64,000 nt of DNA from Ruditapes philippinarum. Its lineage: Eukaryota. The translations under genes were made by a program, and so were the position numbers. Below are positions 1 through 11,600 of this stretch, one piece after another; the first letter of the stretch is position 1, and every line of letters starts with the position of its first letter. The stretch lies in NCBI RefSeq assembly GCF_026571515.1, contig NW_026865856.1, positions 62,001 through 126,000 on the forward strand, given 5' to 3'. The notes below the pieces were generated by a model that worked only from the letters and a program-made list of their open reading frames with translations, had not been told where the DNA came from and did no database searches.

Positions 1-2369
1 TAAACATTTCCTCTCATCAACTGTTGGATCAATCGTATAACAGGCAATCTTAAATATACAGTATAGTCAATTCAGTGCAATTTGACAATGAAAAAATGAG
101 CATAATGTCACCTTAAATTGTACGTTGAGGAGAAACATCAAGCGCTTAGCTGGTCATAATGGGACTCAATTGTGAAATTTTCAAAAAAAAAAAGATCTAA
201 TTATTGACTATCCTGCTACACAGCACATTCTGTTAAAGTCTGATTCTGGCATGAAACAAGGTTAAGTAACCATGAATTGTGTTAAGTGTGTTTGTAATAA
301 AATGAGTAATATTTCTCCATTTTCCTTGAGTTGTGTCCCTTGAACTTGACATTCAAAATATACATAATCTGACACCGATTGTTAATTTATCTGTTGGCAA
401 TTTGTTTATTAACTGTTGTACCAGTTTTTTTTCTGTGCATTCGATTGATTTGCTACCAAAAACAAAATACTTAAATTGTTGAGATATTCAATGGCCTAGA
501 AAAACAGTGGAACTGTTTTTTAACAGGATTTTTTTTTTACCCATGTTAGTAAAAATATGTTTCCAGAGGCCATTATTGTGCTGTGTATTTCATTCATTTG
601 ATTAACTTAAAGGTGTTTGTGACCTGAGCCATATACTAAAATCACTTGTTTTCATATTTGTCCCGGTATAAAGAATTTCACACTGCAATATAGTACATAG
701 CTTCATTGTTGAAAAAGTTGCCAAAATAACCTAAATGAAAATGGTAACTTATAATATATTAACTTTAATAGGAACTTGTTTTCAGTGTACTAATATGTTA
801 CCTTACATGTACAATGTATGTGGTTTATTCAATTTAATTGTTGATGGAATACTGGACTGAGATTTGGTATTTCAGCATTTGTTTACATATTGAATGAGGG
901 TGATGAAAAAAAATTGTGCTTTACTGATGGACATGATTTATAAATATTTAAATGATATGTACATAATAGAAATAAATAAAAAAAATATTGTACAGATCTG
1001 TCAATTGTTGATGTTGTTTTCTGTCACAATATAATTTATGATGGGATAACTTATTATCAAGGTTGAAACTGTGACACTGCCGTTTGTCTTGAAGTCACAT
1101 TATATTGGTAAGGAAGGAAAAACATAAGATTTTGGAAGTTGCAAGCCAAAATCAGGAGTAAATGACTCCCAAACTTCCACTTCTGGAAGTGCAGTGGGAA
1201 GAGTGAAGTTTTGTTTAACAGTTTGTGAAAGTATATAGAGCCTATATCTTGCTGGTTTGAAGTGAGTTTGCAGTTATTCAACTTATTGCACATCTTTTGC
1301 TCACCAAAGGGAGGGCATATATCCTCAGTACCTTGTCTGTCCCTCTGTCCATCCAATTATACTCTTGTCTGGAGAATAACAGAAGTATTGAATGAACTTG
1401 ATAAAGTTGTCACACAGTGATAAAGACAATAGAGTCCAATAACCAGAAGTCTGCATTATTTAATTTTTGAATTATCTCCCTTCAGTCAAGTATTCTTGTT
1501 TGAGCTAATTATAACTCATTAAAACTTTATGATAGACTTGTGACAGGAAGTTCAATGTTGAAGAACCGTAACTATGTTATTTTATTTTAGCTCGCCTAAG
1601 CACAACATGCTGATTGTGCGTTATTGTAAGAAGGCTGTATCTGTTTTCTGTCACCATCTTTTGTTTCAAACAACATTTCGTAAACCATTGGGCCAGTAAA
1701 ACTATGCAGGATTGTTCTTGGCATGAAGCTTTTTCAAAATTGTTCAGAGTATTACATTCCATGCAGAACTCTGGTTGCCATTGCAAACAAAAACTTTTAA
1801 AATCATCACTAAAATCCCAAATGCTAGAGCTAAAGATATTTGATGTTTAACATTGCCTAGTGGGGCTCTACCAAGTTTGTTCAAATTATAAAACCTTCAC
1901 GTGCTATAGCTTAAATATTTGGCAAGAAACATTATTTAGTTGACTTCTTCAAATTATAGGCCATTGGGACAAAAAAGTTCCTCTATGGCCCAGGATCATG
2001 AACCTGTGGCCTTTTTTTTTATATGCCCGTTTGAAAATTCAAATGAGATGTATTATCGGAACGCCCCTGGCGGGCAGGCAGCATGCAATTTTGTGCAGAG
2101 CATATCAGTTTTCGTAAACACACTGAGGGATGTAATTGAAATAGAATAGAAATGTTCACCACTATGAGCAGCCGTGTCGCACACATAAACAAGGTCTCTA
2201 GATCAAAGGTCACACTTGAATCTCTTTAAAAATGCTTGTCCAGAGTAATATTTCTATATGAATTGAAAGATTTTAATATAACTTGGCACACATTTTCATC
2301 ATTGTGAGGCGGAGTGTTGCGCATTCAATTTAGGTCCCTGCAACCAAGGTCAATGATTTCAGATAAAAA

Positions 2370-3055
2370 TAGTAGATGACCCCTATCAATTTTGGGGTCA
2401 TTAGGTCAAAAGTAAAGGTCACAGGGGCCTTAAATGTTGGAATTGTTTCTGCTTATTGTCTAAACTCTTCATATTTAACATATTATTTGGACATAAGTAG
2501 AAGATGACCCCTAATGATCTTGGGGTCACTAGGTCACAGGGGCCTTGATGTAAGTACGGTTTCTGCTCATTATCTTGAAAGCTTTTGTCACAAAGTCTTT
2601 ATATTTCACAAAGTGATTGGTCTTAACTAGTAGATGACCTCATTTATTTTGGGATTGCTAGTCCAAAGGTCAAGGTCACAGGGCCCTTAAATGTCACAAT
2701 GGTTTCTGCTTATTTTCTTGAAAACCTTGAAAACTATTTATTACAAAATTACAAACTCTTCATATTTCACATTTTGATTGGTAATAACTTATAGATGTCC
2801 CATATTGGGATCACTATGTCATAGGTGCCTTGAATGTCAGAATGGTTTCGGCTCATTCTCTTGAAAATTATTTTATGTCAAAAAGTCTTCATATTTCACA
2901 TATTGAAAGGCCATATTTAGTAGATAATCCCTATTGATAATGGGATCACTAGTTTAAATGTCAAGGTCACAGCGGCCTTAAATGCAAGATGGTTTCCACT
3001 TATTACCGTGAAAACTTTATATCACAAGGTCTATATAAATTGGTTATAACTAGGT
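2370..3055 (+). repeat. Degenerate ~130-160 bp tandem repeat (HINE core/satellite-like); paralogous blocks at 28900-29725 (-) and 36765-37215 (+)
   Basis: Recurring tagatgacccc..ttttggggtcactaggtcaaaggtcaaggtcacaggggcctt..ttatcttgaaaa..cttcatatttcac units, carried in the gene A 3' flank. Confidence 0.75.
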
Positions 3056-3466
3056 CATTATTTTTATTTTTTTCCATAACTGAACACTTCCATATACACG
3101 TTTATGTCAATTTTGTATAAAAAATTACTAATATGAGTCAACATACACATAATGAAAAATTAACTATTGATTGCTCATAACATTTAAATTGTTACCCGAT
3201 TTTTTCTACTTTTCCTAAAATCTTTCTAAAAGTACATTTTTCACAAGTTTGATTTATTCATATATTTTCGCTCATGCTGCTTTAAAATATAGAGTTTAAA
3301 TTTTAATTTTCGTAAACAGGTACACAGCTATAAACACAGTTTCAGATTTACCTAGATTTTGACTTGGTGACCTACCTTTTGTATAGAAACAACCATTGTT
3401 TACAGTTGACCTAGATTTTTTACCCAGTGACTTATATGTATTTATAGCTACAGCTATGATATTTGA

Positions 3467-3744
3467 GGGGGCGTCCGTGGCCCAGTGGTAAAGGTCGTTG
3501 TCTTCAAACCACTAGCCCCTCACCGCTCTGGGTTCGAATTCCTACAGGGACTTTGAATTCTTTCATGTGAGGCAGCTATCCAGCTAGCTTACGGAACGTC
3601 GGTGATTCTACTCAGGTACCCGTTCGTGCCTAAAATAATGCAAAGAAGGGCACCTGAGGTCTTCCTTTACCAGTAAAGCTGGAACGTCGCCATATGACCT
3701 ATACTGTGTCAGTGTGACGTAAAACCCAATAAAACAAACAAATA
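3467..3744 (+). mobile_element. tRNA-derived SINE, family 1
   Basis: Pol III A/B-box head (GTGGCCCAGTGG..GGTTCGAATCC), AAAC tail, ATATTTGA duplication; empty site at ~28566-28575. Confidence 0.88.
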
Positions 3745-4772
3745 ATATTTGACCATGATAATATATCCCTGAAAGTTCATATGACACAAATGAACTATGG
3801 AAAGCAAGTTATATGCACAAATCAATTCAACAAAAAGTGAACTATAACTTTGCATGGGATTGTAATGACAATGAAACAAATAACAACTGAAAATTATAAA
3901 TCTTTATTTTGGAATGTTAGAAAAAGTATTATATACAATAAATATTTACAATATACACATTGTGTGTAATGTGATATTCCTAGGAAAAAAATGTTGAAAG
4001 TTGAGAATAAATCAAATCATAAAAATAATTTATTTATTAACCAAAACGCCTTATCAACATTATTCAAGTTCTTAAAAAAAAATCTTCAAAATTTGAGTCT
4101 TATCAAAAAAGCGTCAAAAACCCTTTCCCCAAACATTTCTTGTAATAATCTATAATATTTTTCATGTGTATTGAACTTCTAACTTAAAAAACTTATTATA
4201 CAAATGAAGATGAATTAAAAAAAAACTGACGATAGCATGAACAGAATGGTCCCTGTATAAAAATAATATGTTCATAAAATTGATACGATATGTAACTTTG
4301 TATACATGTTTCTACAATTTCCATTTGGATCTTGCCACTATATTGTGTATTTTCTGCAGAAAAAGCTATTGATTGCAAACTAAAAATGCTATAAAATTAA
4401 CAAAAATGTACGAGTACCATAATCTATCTATAACATTTAAAAGAAATAAATTTTTGAGCCGAACGTATAATTCATTACTTAATTCTATGAAACATGGCAC
4501 ACATATTTGCTGCTTACATTTCAAATACATTGTATTGCAAAAACATAAAATCTTATATTGATTATACATCTTTCATTCCTTTCCTCAACCATTCATTATC
4601 TTTATTACTGAATAAAGACATTTTAAATTGTTAATATTAATAGATGATCCATTTTTTATAAATTTTAACATTAAGTTACTATTTTCTGAATACATTTTCA
4701 AATCATGTGTTACTAACAAAAATATGTAAATGAGAAGATATGCATAGTCATTAAGAGCCAATCAGATCACAG

Positions 4773-7700
4773 CTACAACATAAGTTTTGCGAGTGTAACC
4801 ATAGCAACTGTTGCCAACAATGATACAGAGATTGCTGAGGCACCTTGGGCTTCGAAAGATGGACAATTCATGGCCCCTTGACACTCCATTGTTTCTGAAA
4901 TAAAAGTGAAAAAATATGAATAAAGTTAAACTAGATTTGTTTCAATATCCAATCCAAACTAGTTACAATGATGAACTCTGATGTGATACATGAAGTAAAA
5001 TGAAAGCGACATTCATAATTAATGATTTTCAAAGTCTGAAGGAACTTTATATACAACATGTAAGATATATTTTGCCCTGATGATAGAGAAGAGAAACTGG
5101 TCAGCATTATATTAAAATGACAAAATCGGTTATTTTCTAATATTATTTTTCTTGTTCCTGCACGTTTTTTGTCATTTAATTATACATGTATATACAATAT
5201 ATACGTTGGCACACATTATTTTCATCCTTGATTCTTTTTATAGACAAAACATATTTCTTAAGTAAATTACAGGAGGTAACCCTTGCCATGCTGTATCTGT
5301 GTGAAAGACTTGACCTACTTCAAATTTAAATTTGTCAAGTTTTGAATATGCAGGATTTCAAAACCAAAATGAGACAGTCAACTGTATAGAGCCTGATACG
5401 TAGTACATGGATATGCTATTATTGCATGCTGGTCAGACTCAAAGCCTGTGACAGAGACAAATTTTACAGACAGTAAACAATCGTAACAGACAGTAAACAC
5501 TTGTATGGTTAAGAAATTAACCAAAATTTATCAATAGCCTATATCATACACAAGAAAACAATAAAAAGAGGACAACTTAATAAGAAGCACAATTTATAAA
5601 CTTTCCAAAAAGCTCAATAATTGTGTGTCTGTCTTCTCCAATTCTGTTTCTTGCCACACAGTATTATTTGGTGTAATCGTTTGCCTCCACGTTTTTAATT
5701 CGGAGCACATACCAGGCTTCTTTGAAACGTAATGTCGTCGTGGCAATGAGTTTTGTTATTTCATATTTCTCATTGTCATTTAACTGCATTAATTGCGTGT
5801 TTCCTTCACTCCTGGTCGGTTCTTTGTACCACAACACTTCCGGCTCAGGATAACCTGTTAGTATACAACAAAACATAACCATATAAAATACATTAAAATT
5901 GTCCCTTGTTACTACTTAACTATATATTACTTTTAAAATCATTTTTAAACTTGATTCAATTAGATTAGTCACAAGTAATAAAGAATAAAAATAACTAATG
6001 AAAAATATCGAATAGATATAAATTTTAATGAAGTCTATTTAAATTGATTTTATCCCCTTATAAAATTCACATGACGATGATGTCATACCAATAACATTGA
6101 GATGGTAAATGTTATAATTTAATCGTTTATAAAATTACTTAATAAAAAGTTAACTTCTTTATCTTAAATTCTTCTCAAAATCATTGTTGAATGTAACCCC
6201 TATAAATACAAAGCTGTCCTTCAGACAAACATAAAAAACTTAATCTTGCATTAATATTTCTTGTGTTTCTGTGACAATTTAGTTGAACACAATACTGTTA
6301 CACCACGATTAATCATCCTCTGTTGATTAAAATTGAGAAGTTGTCAGATACTTGTAAAGAAAACAATGGAAGCACTGCTAAAAAATTGAAAAACATGATA
6401 GATATGCGTTTAATACAAAAATATCAGAAAGAAATAATACGGACAGGTACTGAAATAAGCAAAGTATTTTAAATATTTACCTGATACTCGACACTCTTAA
6501 CTTAGCATCAAACTGTCAAATCAAATTTTGAGCTTGCCCGACAGTATCTTGCACAGCAAGTGTCTCATGTTTGAAGAAGACACTTAGTGAGACAAGATAT
6601 ACATCTGGCGGCCTGACCTGGTTATCTGCAATACATTTATACAGCCCTCGGTCTTCCTTTGTTACATTCTTTAAAGGTAATGTGGTGTTCTGAAATAATT
6701 GCATACCAAAAATAGATAAATCATGCCAAAAAGCAAATATCATATTGATATAAGACTTTAAGTGTTAAAAGAAAGGGAAGATGAAAATTATACATGTTTC
6801 TTCCTTAATATTATCATATATCTATATAATAATGTTGACTTCAATTAAATTACCATTACATTCAATTCTTGAACTGTCGGGGACAACAAAATTAATCCTC
6901 AGTATTACCCAGGTTGTCCCTTAACCTGTATGGACAAGCGGAAATTGTCGATAATTTACTATATAAATATCGTATGGACAATTTAAGAAATGCGCAAGAT
7001 AAAATGAGCAAGTAAGCCAAAGTCAGACCCATCGATCTATATGAAATCTTATAATAATTAATAAATTTTACAAACAAAATCAAATAATTCAACAAGTATC
7101 ATGTCAATCAAGTAAACCAACCCTTAGTTGAGCGGCATCTAATCCAGGAAGAAGTCCTCCGTCTGACCGGATCCACGTTATATTTGGAGCGGGTACGCCT
7201 GTCGCAGAACATTCAAGGTTGTGAGAGAGTGACCCATGTCCAGTTGTAACACTGCCACGTTGTTACTGGTAATAGTTGGCGGAACTTAAATATGATAAAA
7301 TTAGTTAAGAAATATTAATATCACAATAAAAAAGAGGGTCAGATTTAACCCAAATTAACATTTCATTTATATATATGCGGATTTGAAGCACCTGCAGCAT
7401 CTTATATAATAAGGTACTGACATACTTCAACCAAACCAATCAATAACTATATGAATTAATATTAAACTACATAAATTAATTAATATTATTGTTTTATTCA
7501 AATGAAGAATTAATTCAATTAGTCAACATATGCAATTATATGTAGATTAATTTGTCAATATTTGCAATATTATTACAGACTAGTATAGCAATTAAGAAGA
7601 GGTCAAAGACATTTTATTCATTTATATCTAAGCCAGTCAAGTTGACAACTATATGCATAATTTCTACACAAAGATCTATTCTGTACATTTATATCTTAAT

Positions 7701-8031
7701 ACCAGATCAATTGATGTACAATTTCTACATAAAGATCTAAATGATGAATAATTACATATAATATAATTTACATTTACCTTGGACAATAAGATGCCCTATT
7801 TTTGAAGGCCATGATGCCGGACCTCTGATTTGAATACATGTATTACATTTATAGTAACCATAATCAACGACAGTTAATCACCAACATGTACGTTATACGC
7901 TTGTTGAATTCTAGCTTTACTGTATCGTACTTCTTCGAGCCCTCTTCACATACTTTGCTTTCAACAAATATGTTTTCATCAGTGGTAATAATTTCACCAC
8001 CGGACTTGGAATCTAAAAATGCCCAAATTAC
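4773..8031 (-). pseudogene. Lachesin-like gene A copy A1, disabled (exons 3-7 only)
   Basis: Exons 7778-8031 (net -2 nt), 7122-7284 (+2 nt), 6481-6689 (in-frame TGA and +1 nt), 5606-5854 (TAT>TAA at 5664-5666; donor GT>GA), 4773-4894 (+3 nt). Coding exons 1-2 are absent: the intron-2 donor (~8587) is joined almost directly to the promoter fragment at 8591-8610. Confidence 0.9.
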
Positions 8032-8610
8032 CTGGAAGGAAAAATGGCTATCTCAAAAATGTTATCATAATAATATTGTATAGTTATTCATATTACATGA
8101 GATTGTGCAGTTAATCACTCGATCACAAATGCCGCAAATGGCAAAAGGAAATGGAAGTGACGAAACATATACTTAATTTACAAAACAATAGTTTATACTT
8201 GTAATCAAAGTATTATGTCAAAATAACACGAGCATTTCATACATCAAAACATAATCTATACAGTATTTCATTTAATAACTAATTTTGTGGACAGTGCACA
8301 AGAGTTGGATTCTAAATACATAAAAATACATGTAACATTTTTGTAAACTTTACAAATGTATATCATTTAATATATTCTATAATACAGTGATCAACACATA
8401 ATTATGATCGCAAATCAAGACAGATAACTCATGCCTTTTCATTCAATATTCCTTTGTAATTGTCACAGTTCATATCTACTCTGTGGCAGTGTTTTTGAGT
8501 GTATACTCATTGTAAATATTCACATTAAGAGAGTATGTTAGGCTGTTTGACTCTGAGTATTGATGAGTAGTAATTATTCATACTTACATTACTTGTTTGT
8601 GTCACCTGTA

Positions 8611-11600
8611 TTGTTTGATTTTATTTACCTGTCAAATAATGATTATACGGTCTATGCACATGATCAATTAATTTTCGATCATTTCCGTAAGATTTCCGAC
8701 AACTTGCTATCAATAAGAGGTGTATATATGTTTAATGTGTGTGAACCAAATTCAACCAAATTATAATCAATTCAATTTAGTTTAATTAAGTAAAATGAAA
8801 TACAAAACAGTGGTCAAAATCTATCACTAAATTTCGCTCGCGGTGTCTGTGCTGCTGTCAGAATCCGAGCTGCTGTCATCAGCCAAATTTATCTTCTTCT
8901 TCTTCTTCTTCTCGTTCACCGCTATAATCTCAGACCTGCCACATCGATGCATGTTGCCGTCTTCTGCAGTTCCTCCATTGCGCCGTGTAGTTTCGTTTGT
9001 ATCCCGGTCTCATGTGGCCACACGGCTCTTCTCTGTTGTTCCAGGAGAGGACATTGTTGTAGGAGATGTTCAGCTGTTTGGTTGTCACGTCCACAAGAGC
9101 ACTTAGGAGAGGCAGCTAGTTTTAGTTTGAACATATGTGCGTTCAGCCATTTATGACCTGTGCGAAGCCTAAAGATAGTTACTTGCTCCTTCCTGTCCAG
9201 GTAGTGGTAGTCATCCTTGTTTGACTGGCACCTCATTGCTGCTTTGATGGTTGTGGTCTTCTCATTGTAGCTGATGTGGTTCATGGGCTGATCACCTTCC
9301 GCTCCTAGCTTTGCCAGTTCATCAGCCTTTTCATTTCCAGGGATGCCGCAATGTGCGGGGATCCACTGGAATGCTATTTGTCTGGTTTGTGACATGCGAG
9401 AAAGCACTTCTGATAGTTCAGGCAGCTGGTGGTGTTCTAGGGCCTGTAGTGCCGACAGAGCATCATTTAATATGACGATCTGTGGGCAGTCCTCTGGAGA
9501 CTCTTCAATCACTCTCAGAGCTGTCTTGATGGCTTCATACTCTGCCTTGTAGTTGGTACAGTATTTCCCCGTTGCTACACTGTGTCACTCCTACCATTGT
9601 TATGTTGGACGTAGATGCCACCTCCCCCATCTTTGATAGCTGCTGTAGCTGAGCCATCTGTATAGATATGGGTCCATGGCTCTTTGGGGTACTCACCAGC
9701 TATCATTGCGAGTGTGAGTGCCTTTTTGGTGACATCATCTTTTGTACTTGGATGGAGTAGTGGCACAGTCGTATTAATATGGGTGTTTGACAGTTCTTGA
9801 ATCCATGGGGTTTGCAGGTCAGATTTATCAAGTGGTATAATAGAAGGACCAAGATTTTCAGCATATGTTCTAGTCAGTTTGTTGGCCTCGTGTACAAAGC
9901 TATCTCTGCGCAGACGATCTTTTGTCAGTCCTTGTAACTTTTGTGTCATTGGGTGGTCTGGCAGGAACTCATATTTGCTGGCTTGTACAAGTCCTTTTCA
10001 TCTCTTCTATGACTGAGTGGTGGAATCGTTGTAAGGTTTTCCATAGCCTTGATTGGATGAATTTCATTGCTCCTGTAATTACACGTAAGGCTTGGTTTTG
10101 GACCTTGTCGAGCACATTCTGGTTTGTCTTTGACGTAGTTATCCAAGCTAAGGATCCATATTCTAGATGGGGCCTAATTGTGCCTTGGTATACTGTCTTT
10201 AGTATTTCCTCATTTGCTCCCCCAGTTGGTACCCGCCAGTTTCCAGAGTATAGCTAGCTTTTTCCGGGCCTTGGTTTCAGCATATGCTACATGGGGCTTC
10301 CATGTCAGCCGATTGACAAAGGTCACACCGAGGTAGGTAGCCTCTTCCACTTCAGTAAGAGTTGTGCCACTGACTTAGATGTTTCCAGCTTTCTGTTTTG
10401 GTGACAGTGTGAACAGTGTGGTACATGATTTATCTGTATTCACCTGTACACACGACTTATCTGCTCATGCTGATAGCTGGTCGGCAGCTTGTTGCATCCA
10501 GTAGGTGGCAGTCGTGGCATGTTCTTCTGAACACCATAGGACAAGGTCGTCTGCATAGAGTGCTGCTTTGATACCTCTTGCTAGATCGGACACCAGATCA
10601 TTTATAAAGATGAGAAAGAGAGTGGGCGACAGGACACCACCTTGAGGGACACCATGTCTCTGTAGGAATTTTTGGCTGGTGGCCCCGCCGGTTCTGACTC
10701 GTGCTCTTCTGTTAAACAGAAACGACTTGACCAACTTGTACATTGTGCCTACAATGCCATTCCTCTGTAGCTTGACCAGCAGACCGTCTGTCCATACCTT
10801 GTCAAATGCTTTCTGGAGGTCGATCCATGTGACTTCTTTTCTTGAAAAGCCTCCTAAATTTCTTGGGCAAGGTATGTTGTTTGGTCTTCAGTAGACCTGA
10901 ACTGCCTGAAGCCAGCCTGTTGGTTAGCTAGAAGTTGGTTGTATTCCAGATACCACTTAAGACGCTGGTTCACAATCCTCTCCATTGTCTTACATACAAC
11001 ACTGGTGAGACTGATGGGGCGATAGCTTGATGCCTTATTTCGATCCTTGCCCGCTTTATGAATGGGGATCATGGTCGTCTCTCTCCATATTTGTGGGAGT
11101 TGTCCTTCTCTCCAGGTGAAGTTGTATATTTCCAGGAGTTTGCCCGTTGCAAGGCAGCCCAATTGTATGAGCATCTCGTTTGTGATGCCATCTTGACATG
11201 GTGACTTCTTAGTTTGAGCTGACGTAGAGCAGCATGAAGCACACTAAGGGTGAGCTCCTTCTCCATGACTTCCTCCTTGGCTTTCCCTGTTGTCCTCTCT
11301 CCTTCCTCTCTTCTGACCTCTCTCAATCTTTCCCTGCTGTTGTGAATGTTGCTTATTCCTCATAATTGTCAGCGAATTTGTTTGCTGCCTGTTTGCCTGT
11401 CAGCAGGGAATCACCCTCTATCAACGAAGTTGTGCCTCTTTCACTACCTGCTTCACCATTCATCTGCTTGGTGAGCTTCCACAACTTAGTGCCGTCCTTT
11501 TCTAGGTTTAGAGATTTAGTTTTCTCTCTGCAGGATGTTCGCCTGGCCTGAATCTTTGCTTTGAGGAACTTGGCCTTAGCTTGTTGCAGATTGTTGTTGT

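Noticed and set aside
3467-3550. tRNA gene (also 37881-37960, 14190-14265, ~42110-42150)
   Set aside because: tRNA-like heads continue into SINE bodies with tails and target duplications, or lie inside a MITE; no clean cloverleaf.
7838-8083. ORFs antisense to A exon 3 (7838-8083, 23948-24145) and duplicated intronic/flank ORFs (7552, 24289, 4373, 27628)
   Set aside because: Their recurrence only reflects the segmental duplication; there is no independent coding signal.
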